Source of the DNA: Balanoglossus misakiensis
Taxonomy: Eukaryota > Animalia > Hemichordata
Direction: 5' to 3'
NCBI GenBank assembly: GCA_040954595.2
Contig: CM082592.2
Coordinates: 2,170,001 to 2,234,000 of the forward strand
Length of the DNA: 64,000 nucleotides
This document shows positions 13,502 through 23,514 of this stretch, piece by piece. The notes under the pieces are model-generated. The model worked only from the letters and a program-made list of their open reading frames with translations, searched no databases and had not been told where the DNA came from. Made by a program: the position numbers and the translations under genes. How positions within the stretch are numbered: the stretch's first letter is position 1; the number at the start of each line of letters is the position of its first letter.

Positions 13502-14066
13502 TGTAGAGGTTTAACGAGGTCCATTTTACGTTTCTGAATGCCTTTGCGGTTTTTGTAATTACTCAGCAGGCGCGGCACACGCGCCAAAACCGATTAGCCT
13601 GTTAGTACGCACGTTCAGTTTTCATTCAATGTTTGCCTTTGGTTGTCTAGCAACGACGATTTCGAGCGACAGCTGTCAATCATTTATTTAGCTACTTTTC
13701 TTGGCTTGAAGCCGACATGATATGTAGATTTTAGGTGCTTTCTCCGACGTCCGATATGCAAATTAGCTTTTCTGATTTTGAATCCGACCCGAGGGTATAT
13801 AAGTAGCGATTCTCTTTAAAACGGGGTCGCTCAAGGGGTTTTTCTTATCGAGGCCACACCAGCAACAGCAAAGAAGGTACAGCTCTTCATTTTTACGCAG
13901 AATTGTTAATAATTTTTCGTGTTCAGTTAATAAATACGCCACGTTGGCTTCTACACTTTATTATTTTGTCCTTGTGCGCTCTGTCACTCGGGTGTAAGGT
14001 CGTTACCCTTACTGATCACCTGACCAGTCTCAACGTAATAATAACGACGAAGGAAAAATCTCGACA
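13502..14066 (+). repeat. 5' LTR (565 bp)
   Basis: TGTAGAGG...CTCGACA; TATATAA at 13796, AATAAA at 13929; no difference from the 3' LTR seen by eye. Confidence 0.97.
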
Positions 14067-14068
14067 AT

Positions 14069-14087
14069 TGGTGGCAGCGGTGGGATT
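14069..14087 (+). promoter_or_regulatory. Primer binding site, tRNA-Leu
   Basis: TGGTGGCAGCGGTGGGATT, 2 nt after the LTR, complementary to the animal tRNA-Leu 3' end (...AATCCCACCGCTGCCACCA). Confidence 0.85.
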
Positions 14088-14175
14088 TTACGTCAGAGAC
14101 TGTAGTACGAGAGCACAAGTTGAGCGACCAACGAAATAAAACTGAAATCGAGAACTTAACTCCCCTTCGAAAATT

Positions 14176-15759
14176 ATGTCAGCCCCCGACGACAGCACAT
14201 CGGCTGTCGACAGAACAAGTAGTTTAGATGACACCGATAAGGTAATAATGTTTAAGGCATCGAACAAATCACCTGATACGTCCGACTCCGAAGAGAGTAC
14301 TTGTGGCCCCATGAGTGGAGGTCCTGCCAAAGTACACAGCCCCTTTGCCGAAGTTTTGTCGAAAACTGTCGGGAGGGTGCGGTCCACGTTATTCGGTTCA
14401 GCGGCACCTAAACAAAACAGCCCCGTCACGCACTCGCCTGGCCCACAACTCTCGACCCCAGGACCCTCTGGCGACCAACTCAGCCGATTCGTCCCCCAAT
14501 CTCCGTTGTCTAATACCGACGAATCGACGTCATCCCCGAAAATATATGAACAACAAGGGGGGCGACCAAAACACCGTTCTCCAGTCGTGCCACCGCAGCG
14601 GGAGTCGACGATCGAACGAAACGCCGTGCGGTTCGACCTCCGCACGTCTACACCCAACTTCGAATCTCCCCCAGAAAGACCTACCGTAGTCCCGGTGTCG
14701 TATGACCACGACCCTAGTACTCGAAGACGTGAGGAATCAGCTTTGTCTCCGTCTGAACAGCACCGTAATATACGCAAAAACGACGATCAGCGCTCCAGCA
14801 CGACCGACCGAGATTATCCCGACCATTTCTCTGCCGACGCTGTACCCTATCCGTATCACCGCCTAAACGACGAAATGAATGTGAACGTCACACCTCACCC
14901 TCATGGACCGTATGGGATACGCCCCCCTCACCGCCCACTGGTTATGCCCGACCGATTTGACGGAATAATATCATGGGAAGATTATAAATCCCATTTCCAA
15001 TATTGTTCCCTGCTTAATGGCTGGAATGAAGCACAAAAAGGTCAGTTTCTAGCAGCCTTGCTGAATGGCCCCGCCCAGAAAGTGTTAAAGCGATTAGAGA
15101 ATAATGGTAAGGTGACGTATGCCCGTTTAGTTCGACAATTGGACAACCAGTACAGCACCGTCGGCCAAGCTGAAAAGTTTCTGTTTCAGCTACAAAGTCG
15201 ACGTCGCCGTCGCGACGAATCCCTCGCAGAATTCGGAAACTCCATCCTAGAGCTCACCGAATGCGCCTATCCTGAGCTCGATTCTACCGCCGTAGACAGA
15301 TTAGCGAGGCAGTACTTCGAGACAGCCCTTACCGACCCGATGTTGCGCATGGATCTGCACCGTTCCCAACCGAAGTCGATGAACGACGCGATCCGAACGG
15401 CCATCTCCCTGGAGGCCTATTTCCTAGCTGAGGACGACCGGGCGAATCGCCGCCGCCCCTTATCTCGACGCATCCAACAGACTGATCATAACATCGACGA
15501 AGCTACATCCTACAACGGCTCAGTCCTGCGTGTCCGGAACGAACGGACTTCATCGGACCGACCTCCTGATCGTCGCGATTCTTGGAGCGACGAAACACAG
15601 AGAAGGTATCAGCGGGGCGAATGTTTTCTCTGCGGAGAAAAGGGACATTTGCGCCGATCTTGCCCCCATCGTCAGGACGGGGGAAACGACAGCCGACCAA
15701 ACGACAGGGGCAACGCGAGGTCGGACAACGGTACCCAGCCCCGCCCCCGAAATTTGTAA
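14176..15759 (+). CDS. gag: Gag with CCHC zinc knuckle
   Basis: PDRFDG..SWEDY..HF capsid-like start; CFLCGEKGHLRRSC knuckle; first ORF after the PBS. Confidence 0.93.
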   Translation: MSAPDDSTSAVDRTSSLDDTDKVIMFKASNKSPDTSDSEESTCGPMSGGPAKVHSPFAEVLSKTVGRVRSTLFGSAAPKQNSPVTHSPGPQLSTPGPSGDQLSRFVPQSPLSNTDESTSSPKIYEQQGGRPKHRSPVVPPQRESTIERNAVRFDLRTSTPNFESPPERPTVVPVSYDHDPSTRRREESALSPSEQHRNIRKNDDQRSSTTDRDYPDHFSADAVPYPYHRLNDEMNVNVTPHPHGPYGIRPPHRPLVMPDRFDGIISWEDYKSHFQYCSLLNGWNEAQKGQFLAALLNGPAQKVLKRLENNGKVTYARLVRQLDNQYSTVGQAEKFLFQLQSRRRRRDESLAEFGNSILELTECAYPELDSTAVDRLARQYFETALTDPMLRMDLHRSQPKSMNDAIRTAISLEAYFLAEDDRANRRRPLSRRIQQTDHNIDEATSYNGSVLRVRNERTSSDRPPDRRDSWSDETQRRYQRGECFLCGEKGHLRRSCPHRQDGGNDSRPNDRGNARSDNGTQPRPRNL

Positions 15760-18700
15760 GACCCCACCATCGACCAGCAAACCGCAACGGCAACAGAGAT
15801 GTTACTTTTTCCCCCAGTTCCAATAAACGACAGAATGACGACAATGGTTTTAGTCATAATTTGCGACCGGCGTTCTACGTAATGACTCGAATCAATGGGT
15901 TAGACGTTTGTTCTTTCATTGATAGCGGGTCGGAAATCACAATAATTTCAAAGCAAGTGTATAATAAGTTACCGGAGTCTCGTCGCCCTCCGCTAGCCCC
16001 GTCAACTATTCAACCGTCCATGGCCGATGGGTCTACACGTCTTTTTCTTTACGGGGAGGCCGACTTCAATATTTCGGTGGGTAATAATATGACGGAAATG
16101 CATGCATTCGTTGCCGACATTAGTGAAAATGTAATTCTGGGGGGCGACTACTTACTACAGGGTCAGGCAGAAATTCGTACGCATTCTTTGACGTTGGGAT
16201 TTCACGACGGAGACGTCCCCTTGTTGGACCGGCGGGGAGGAAACCTGACTGCCCGGGTGTCAGTGACACACGACGTCGTCGTGCCTGCCGGTCATGAGGT
16301 GGTCATCGCTGGTCATTTATCCCGTCCCATCACAGGTAGTATTTGTGGTGTTGTCGAGCCAACACGAGGTAATCTGGCGGCGAAACACGGTGTTGTCGTC
16401 GGAAGAATTTTAGTCAGTACCGCCAATAGAAACGTGCCATTGCGATTATTGAACGTCAGCGAAAAGGACCACTTCATTCGGCGTGGTACGGTGGTCGCCG
16501 TAACTACCAGCACCGATACAACAATTCTTCCCCAACCTGTGGAGCCAGCGATTAGTGACCCTAAGAACGAATTCTCCACCCCACCTAAACCGATACCGAC
16601 GCATCTGGAAGATATATATAAGGAAAGTCTCGAGACAGTGGGAAAATCGAATGCGGGGAAAATTGCCGACTTTCTCTGCAAATGGGAGAATATTTTCTCC
16701 AGAGATAAAAGCGACGTCGGCCGGAGCAACATAACGAAACATCATATTTCAACTGGTGATCATCCACCGCTCAGACAACAACCCCGACGACAATCCCCCT
16801 GGACTCGGGAAGAGACGACCAAATTAGTGAATGAGATGCTTCGTAGTGACGTAATCGAGCCATCTCACAGTCCCTGGGCTGCTCCGATTGTTCTAGTGCG
16901 TAAATCGGACGGTAGCTCTCGGTTCTGTGTAGACTACCGCCGTCTTAACGACATCACGAAAAAGGATGCATACGCCATACCACGAATCGAAGACAGTGTC
17001 AACGCACTTGCCGGAGCTTGCTGGTTCACAACGCTCGACCTCACCAGTGGCTTTTGGCAGGTGGCACTCGACGACGATGCCAAAGAAAAGACTGCCTTCA
17101 CAACATGGAACGGCCTGTTTCAGTGGAAAGTGATGCCGTTCGGACTTTGCAACGCGCCGGCAACTTTTCAACGACTGATGGAGTACGCACTGGCAGGGTT
17201 ACAATGGGAGATCCTGCTGTTGTATTTAGACGATATCATCGTTTTCGCCTCTTCCTTCGACCAAATGTTAGAACGACTAGACATGGTATTCCATCGTTTG
17301 CAGACAGCCGGCTTAAAGTTGAAACCCAGTAAATGCAAATTGTTTCAGAAACAAGTCGACTATTTAGGCCATCGCGTTTCCGCCGCCGGAATCGAAACGA
17401 GCCCCAAAAAGGTCGAAGCCGTCAAGTTTTGGCCCACACCGACAAACGTGCATGAAGTTCGCGCATTCTTAGGCCTTGCGTCTTACTATCGCCGGTTCGT
17501 CCACAACTTTTCAATCATCGCGAGACCCCTTACCAGGCTGACCGAGAAAAACCAACCCTTCTTCTGGGACAACGAATGCGACTGCGCCTTCAACACTCTC
17601 AAAGGAAAGCTCATAAGTGCGCCAGTGTTAGCTTATCCAATCCCCGATGCTCCCCTCATCCTCGACACCGACGCTAGTAAGTTTGGGATAGGCGGCGTCC
17701 TCTCTCAAATCGAAAACGGCGTTGAACGAGTCATCAGCTTTGCCAGCCGGAGTCTATCGAAAGCCGAGCGGAACTACTGTGTTACGCGGAAAGAATTACT
17801 CGCAGCGGTCCACTTCATGAAACACTTTCGCCCATATTTATACGGTCAGCCCTTCACACTTCGAACAGACCACGCCTCTCTCCGATGGCTTGTCAACTTC
17901 AAGGAACCTGAAGGACAACTGGCTCGTTGGCTCGAAGTTATAAGCGAATTCGACTACAAAATAATACATCGACCGGGAAAGAAACATCAGAATGCAGACG
18001 GCCTGTCAAGGAGGCCGTGCCGACAGTGTGGACGAGCCCACCCCAGCGATAGGCCTGCCGACCGAGAGAACGCACCAACGTTAGCGAAGGTGACGGTGCC
18101 AGGTTACCAATCGACAGCAACACAGACCGAGACCGACCCAGCGAACACAAACTCATCATCAACCGGGGACCTGCCAACGTCGACGTCAACCGGACCCGAA
18201 ACCGAGCGTCGTAAATCAAGTTGTCCTGATGTCGACGGCGACCCGGAAGAGAAAACGACAAATGCAATTGGCCTACAACTACGTTATGACAACGAAACAC
18301 TGCGAAAACTACAACTGGATGATCCCGACGTTGGCCCAATATTACGACTGAAGGAAGGTGACGATACGCGCCCAGACTGGCAAACGGTATCCCCTTCCAG
18401 TTCAGCAGTAAAGGCATATTGGGGTTCGTGGGATTTGCTAGAAATTCACGACGGCGTACTTTATCGGCGATGGGTATCCAGCCGAGACAATACCCACCGA
18501 TTATTACTGATTCCCCCGTGCTCACTCAAAGACGAAATATTCGACGAGTTACATTCGGCCAAAACTGCAGCTCATTTTGGTGTTTTTAAGACGAAACGGA
18601 AAATTCTCCAACGGTATTATTGGTATGGTGCGACGAACGACATTAGGGCGATGATCAGACGATGCGACGTATGTGCTGCTAGAAAGAGCCATGGACGAAA

Positions 18701-19817
18701 ACGTCGTGGACGGCTTCAACAGTACGTCGTCGGATCCCCTCTTGATCGAGTGGCATTCGATATAATTGGCCCCTTTCCTATCACCGAACGCAACAACAGG
18801 TGGATTTTGGTCATCGGCGATTATTTCACCAAGTGGGTAGAGGCGTACCCCATCCCTAACCAAGAGGCTGCGACGGTCGCCGAGAAATTGGCCGGCGAGT
18901 TTATAACCCGTTTCGGCACACCACGTCAACTTCATTCCGACCAAGGTGCAAACTTCGAGTCACGGGTTATGTCAGAAGTATGTCGGCTGCTAGGCATTAA
19001 GAAAACCCGCACAGCGCCCTACAACCCAAAGAGTGATGGATACGTCGAACGGTTCATGAGGACAATTTCGCAGTCAGTCTCAATCTTGGTCAACCCCGAC
19101 CAATCCGATTGGGATCTTGTGGTCCCGTACGCGATGATGGCGTACCGAAGTAGCGTCCAGGCGAGTACGTCGGAAACACCGGCGATGTTGATGCTCGGTA
19201 GAGAAGTCGCACTACCAATAGATTTACTACACGGCCCCACACCCGAACCCGACCAGAACGAGAATACAGATTATGCACTACAACTCCGTAAGAGGATGCA
19301 ACTGGCGCACGAGCGCGCCCGCCTTGCACTGAAAAAGAGTGCGGTTACACAGAAGCGAGAATACGACAATCGTGCATCAGGAACTCCACTTGAAGTTGGC
19401 CAGTTCGTCTGGCTTCACATCGAGGCGTTCAAAAAGGGGACTTCAAGAAAGTTAGCAGCCCGCCGGTGGGACGGCCCCTACCTCATCACTGATAAATTGT
19501 CCGATGTGCTATTCAGAATTCAACGTGGTAGAAATTACCGACCAAGAGTGATACACTACGATCGCCTAAAACCTTATACGGGTAACGACGGCGTCGACTG
19601 GCGGGACAAACAGCGAATTATCACGGCTACCGAAAACAGTGAAAATGATAGAAGCGAACCGGGTGACTGTGTTCACCGCTCGTCCCCACCGCGGCAACGT
19701 TCACGCGCCTACCGGCGTTCGAACATGAGCCGCCACCGGCTATATCCCCAGAGACAACGGCAACCGCCCCAGCGCTACGGTGATTGGTCATATTGTCCCG
19801 GCAACGACAGCGTGTAG
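15582..19817 (+). CDS. pol: Pol polyprotein (protease, RT, RNase H, integrase), expressed as Gag-Pol fusion
   Basis: FIDSGS; RFCVDYR, MPFGLCNAPATFQR, YLDD; DTDAS, TDH; H..H..CDVC zinc motif, FDIIGP, HSDQG, ERF; WDGPY. No internal stops. Confidence 0.97.
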   Translation: MERRNTEKVSAGRMFSLRRKGTFAPILPPSSGRGKRQPTKRQGQREVGQRYPAPPPKFVRPHHRPANRNGNRDVTFSPSSNKRQNDDNGFSHNLRPAFYVMTRINGLDVCSFIDSGSEITIISKQVYNKLPESRRPPLAPSTIQPSMADGSTRLFLYGEADFNISVGNNMTEMHAFVADISENVILGGDYLLQGQAEIRTHSLTLGFHDGDVPLLDRRGGNLTARVSVTHDVVVPAGHEVVIAGHLSRPITGSICGVVEPTRGNLAAKHGVVVGRILVSTANRNVPLRLLNVSEKDHFIRRGTVVAVTTSTDTTILPQPVEPAISDPKNEFSTPPKPIPTHLEDIYKESLETVGKSNAGKIADFLCKWENIFSRDKSDVGRSNITKHHISTGDHPPLRQQPRRQSPWTREETTKLVNEMLRSDVIEPSHSPWAAPIVLVRKSDGSSRFCVDYRRLNDITKKDAYAIPRIEDSVNALAGACWFTTLDLTSGFWQVALDDDAKEKTAFTTWNGLFQWKVMPFGLCNAPATFQRLMEYALAGLQWEILLLYLDDIIVFASSFDQMLERLDMVFHRLQTAGLKLKPSKCKLFQKQVDYLGHRVSAAGIETSPKKVEAVKFWPTPTNVHEVRAFLGLASYYRRFVHNFSIIARPLTRLTEKNQPFFWDNECDCAFNTLKGKLISAPVLAYPIPDAPLILDTDASKFGIGGVLSQIENGVERVISFASRSLSKAERNYCVTRKELLAAVHFMKHFRPYLYGQPFTLRTDHASLRWLVNFKEPEGQLARWLEVISEFDYKIIHRPGKKHQNADGLSRRPCRQCGRAHPSDRPADRENAPTLAKVTVPGYQSTATQTETDPANTNSSSTGDLPTSTSTGPETERRKSSCPDVDGDPEEKTTNAIGLQLRYDNETLRKLQLDDPDVGPILRLKEGDDTRPDWQTVSPSSSAVKAYWGSWDLLEIHDGVLYRRWVSSRDNTHRLLLIPPCSLKDEIFDELHSAKTAAHFGVFKTKRKILQRYYWYGATNDIRAMIRRCDVCAARKSHGRKRRGRLQQYVVGSPLDRVAFDIIGPFPITERNNRWILVIGDYFTKWVEAYPIPNQEAATVAEKLAGEFITRFGTPRQLHSDQGANFESRVMSEVCRLLGIKKTRTAPYNPKSDGYVERFMRTISQSVSILVNPDQSDWDLVVPYAMMAYRSSVQASTSETPAMLMLGREVALPIDLLHGPTPEPDQNENTDYALQLRKRMQLAHERARLALKKSAVTQKREYDNRASGTPLEVGQFVWLHIEAFKKGTSRKLAARRWDGPYLITDKLSDVLFRIQRGRNYRPRVIHYDRLKPYTGNDGVDWRDKQRIITATENSENDRSEPGDCVHRSSPPRQRSRAYRRSNMSRHRLYPQRQRQPPQRYGDWSYCPGNDSV
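15681..15742 (+). promoter_or_regulatory. -1 programmed ribosomal frameshift signal (G GGA AAC + putative H-type pseudoknot)
   Basis: Heptamer 15681-87 in gag phase; 5-nt spacer; stem1 CCGACC(15693-98)/GGTCGG(15719-24); stem2 GGGGC(15707-11)/GCCCC(15738-42). Pol is in the -1 frame. Confidence 0.75.
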
Positions 19818-20477
19818 CCGCAGAGGATACGACGGGTATCACGGGAGAATCGCACGCTCCCCAGAGATTGGCATCTCTGCCCAGTGTAGCCAGGAACAAG
19901 AGTGCGGGAGGAAGGACGACGGAAGTGAAGTGCGGGAAAAGGAATTATTTAATAAATCAGAAGGCCGAGATAGATAGAGATGGTGATGTATCTTAGCCTA
20001 CGACTACGACTACGACTACGATGAAGCGAGAAGTCGCACGGTGCAGCGAGAATGCCGTCGAGCGATATACCTGATATATTAGAATTTAGATAGGAGCCGG
20101 CCGATAGTATCATATGCCGTATGTACCGGCGACGATATGCTGTCTTCAAAAATTATTTCGACTCTCCAGAAGGTAAGCACGTCGAATTTTGTGCTTTCTA
20201 CATGAATTCACCATTGGCGAAAACTTCTCTTTTTCTGTTTGGATTGAGGATCATCGGCACTCCGCTGGCCGTGAAAAAGCGTCCAATCAGTGCACGACTT
20301 GCGTGGATTTCTTAGACGACCAACGGCAATCCTCCGTTCCGTCACGGTTAATTTTAGGGGGGTTGGACCAAGCTTGGTTCGCTACGTTGAGAACAGTATA
20401 AATAGGGCAACAATGAGCCGGGAACGTCGCTCTTCTCACCCGGTCCGATCAGCGCAGAAACCACTAAACTACAAGAG

Positions 20478-21146
20478 ATGAACTCCTTCAGGCGAGATCA
20501 GGCAGGAAGACGAATTTGTATTAGGTGTGGATGCGTATTCGAACACTCGTTCGAGTACAACGAACACCCGTGCGTCGCCAACCGAAACACCGGCAGCGTA
20601 GCTACCAGTACCGTGTCCGTCGCCGAGGCAGATCCAGCCCCACCCGCAGATTCCACACGGCGCCGACCGTCAACACCCCAACCCGTCCGTCATGGTGATG
20701 TATTCGCCCCGATCGATTTCAATCGGGTGGAGAGAGTGGAGGATTCGCACACCCACCGCATATACTCCCATGGAGCAATCAAGGCGGAGACCAACACCAC
20801 GCGGACCTACTATCTGCTGAATTCGACCACAGCATCAACGACAACGTCCGGTCCACCTGTAGAGCCGGGGACCGTTCTGCAGCTGCCGGCGGCAGCGACG
20901 CCGACCGTCTCCTCCTGCGCCCGTACAGTCGTCCTTCAGCAAAGGACCGACAAGCCACCTGCCAACACCCCGGGGACCCAGACCAAGAAGAGAAGGAGGG
21001 GAGCCCCATCAGCAAAGAAGGTAACTACCAGCCAGGCCAGAACCAGCACCGCCGGTCGACCCAGACTACAGCTATTAGAGCTGAGCCCAGAAGATGAAGA
21101 GAATTTGAATCTGCCGCCGCGGACGCCGGGGAGAGACGACGAGTAA
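20478..21146 (+). CDS. Accessory ORF3 of the Gypsy element, 222 aa, unknown function (not env)
   Basis: Intact ATG-TAA ORF between pol and PPT. CIRC...EHPC putative metal site, KKRRR NLS-like, acidic C-terminus. A homologous decayed copy lies at 6168-7851. Confidence 0.75.
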   Translation: MNSFRRDQAGRRICIRCGCVFEHSFEYNEHPCVANRNTGSVATSTVSVAEADPAPPADSTRRRPSTPQPVRHGDVFAPIDFNRVERVEDSHTHRIYSHGAIKAETNTTRTYYLLNSTTASTTTSGPPVEPGTVLQLPAAATPTVSSCARTVVLQQRTDKPPANTPGTQTKKRRRGAPSAKKVTTSQARTSTAGRPRLQLLELSPEDEENLNLPPRTPGRDDE

Positions 21147-21288
21147 CATTTTTGTATTGAACTCTTTTTCTTGAACATTTTCTGCATTTTTCTCATTGTA
21201 AAGCTGTACGGGGTGGGGTGTCCTTTCCCTTAGAAATATTTTTGCGATTCAACTTTTTCTTGTACAATAGTCGGAACTTTATTGTCTT

Positions 21289-21300
21289 AGAGGGGGGTAA
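21289..21300 (+). promoter_or_regulatory. Polypurine tract
   Basis: AGAGGGGGGTAA directly before the 3' LTR. Confidence 0.85.
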
Positions 21301-21865
21301 TGTAGAGGTTTAACGAGGTCCATTTTACGTTTCTGAATGCCTTTGCGGTTTTTGTAATTACTCAGCAGGCGCGGCACACGCGCCAAAACCGATTAGCCTG
21401 TTAGTACGCACGTTCAGTTTTCATTCAATGTTTGCCTTTGGTTGTCTAGCAACGACGATTTCGAGCGACAGCTGTCAATCATTTATTTAGCTACTTTTCT
21501 TGGCTTGAAGCCGACATGATATGTAGATTTTAGGTGCTTTCTCCGACGTCCGATATGCAAATTAGCTTTTCTGATTTTGAATCCGACCCGAGGGTATATA
21601 AGTAGCGATTCTCTTTAAAACGGGGTCGCTCAAGGGGTTTTTCTTATCGAGGCCACACCAGCAACAGCAAAGAAGGTACAGCTCTTCATTTTTACGCAGA
21701 ATTGTTAATAATTTTTCGTGTTCAGTTAATAAATACGCCACGTTGGCTTCTACACTTTATTATTTTGTCCTTGTGCGCTCTGTCACTCGGGTGTAAGGTC
21801 GTTACCCTTACTGATCACCTGACCAGTCTCAACGTAATAATAACGACGAAGGAAAAATCTCGACA
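21301..21865 (+). repeat. 3' LTR (565 bp)
   Basis: Direct repeat of 13502-14066. Confidence 0.97.
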
Positions 21866-23514
21866 ATACTACAAATTTTCAGAATGACCCAAATTTCATG
21901 ACCTTTTGACCTCTATTGACCTCAATTCAAAACGAATTACCACCAAAATATATTATATTGGTAGAGTTCTAAAAAACACACAATTTGAGTGGTAAATGAC
22001 TGTTCTGGCTTAAGTTTTGCTGGAGTTACAGCAATTTAAAGTTCCCCTACCCCCAAAATTTGGGTCGGAAATTTTTAGGTTCTTACATTAGTTTTTGAGG
22101 GAAAAAATGCAGAAAGCTACTCGATAGGCAGGGCTATCACCCCAATTTATAATCTAGAGATATAGGCCTTTCCAAAAAACCATGTGAGGCTTTGTCCATC
22201 TTTCTGATACCAAATTCCTGTCTGGCCCATGGACTATGATGGCAATGTCAACATTATGGTTGAAGGTGGTCATGTTACAGCAATCCAAACAATTTCATGC
22301 ACAAGAATGAATTCTGGGTTTCACTTATTGATCTGGTTGTTTGATATTCAATTTAAAAGGATATTAGCTGTAACTATTGACTATATTTTCAGTATTTTTG
22401 TTCTGTGTATCAAATATAATTTCGCCAGCTTGGTTCACTCCAAACCCATTGTGTTCTGAGGTAAAGTTGGATCTCTATATAGGGAACTGGGGGTGAAAAT
22501 CAGAACTTTGGGTTAAAACACTTAGCTCGTCTCAAGCGCATGCGCGTAACTTCCCAGCAAATTTTCCGTTCGATGCATTCAAATAGTGGACTGCCTTTGC
22601 TTCCTTCCATATTTCTTGCGCAGCGTAAAAGTAGATTCTGGTTTTGTCCCTCCTTTTCACCCAAGCTAGAGTCTTTTCCCGATCTCCGACACAGATTATG
22701 GTCGCCGCCATCTTCTCTGTTGTTAGGACAGAGCACTGCCTTATGGGATTGACTGTTCACTAAACGTCTGTAACCAGCGGCTACAGCTGGAACATGCGTG
22801 TGAGACGAGCTACGCGCTTTAAACTTTGCAAGACCCCTGTTTTATTGAACCTGAGTGTAAAATTGTTGTTAGATTTAATACTTTCACCCCAGATCCCTCT
22901 ATAGAGGTCAAACCTTCCCATAGAAAACAATGGATTTGGACCAAACCATGGTGGTTAAAGGGTTAATCTCATTATGAGAGAGGGAAATTTAGCACAATTA
23001 TTTCTAGTGTAAATTCTGTGTCAGTCTGAATTGCAACCAGTAATCTACACCTTTGATTAAAACAAAAATTGTGTAATTTTTTTTTTCAGGAATTAAATTC
23101 AGAGTATTAACAGATCCAAGACAAGGTGGAGTGGATACTCTGTTAAAGAAGATCTATGAAATTTATTCATTTTATTCATTAGATATGCCAATCAGGTGAG
23201 AATATCACTTTTTAAATTGCTAATTGTACATGTATTATCATTTCTATTATCAATATTTTTGTCATCGAGTGTACGCTACCTTTGACCTTATCAATACCAA
23301 TGCTGAATCTGTTTTCAGACTGAATCCACTCCATTGTGGTGTCAATTTGCATTCATGGTTTCATGGATCACGAACAAGAAAATGATGATATATGCAGAAT
23401 GGTGATCACACAGTTATCCATGAAGCATGTCATTTTATTCTGACCACAGATTTATATCTACTCTCTGAAGACTTGCATCTTTTTTTCTTTTGTTCATTTC
23501 TCAGGTGCGAATTA

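Larger units (their letters stand above)
13502..21865 (+). mobile_element. Full-length Gypsy/Ty3 LTR retrotransposon (8364 bp)
   Basis: TG...CA LTRs, 4-bp TSD ATAC (13498-13501, 21866-21869), PBS, PPT, gag, and pol in PR-RT-RH-IN order. The empty site is recoverable from the mirror arm of the host element. Confidence 0.98.
12464..22236. mobile_element. Academ-like foldback element (~1.4 kb without the Gypsy inserted in its right arm)
   Basis: TAGTCCATGGGCCAG...CTGGCCCATGGACTA termini, 3-bp TSD TGA (12461-63, 22237-39), ~600-bp near-perfect inverted arms, internal ~260-bp direct duplication (12657-12910 vs 13008-13270). The superfamily is inferred from the termini only. Confidence 0.7.

Noticed and set aside
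14088-19899. Antisense and alternative-frame ORFs inside gag/pol
   Set aside because: Shadow ORFs of GC-richer coding sequence with no motifs.
20478-21146. ORF3 as env
   Set aside because: No signal peptide, fusion peptide or transmembrane segment; too short and hydrophilic.
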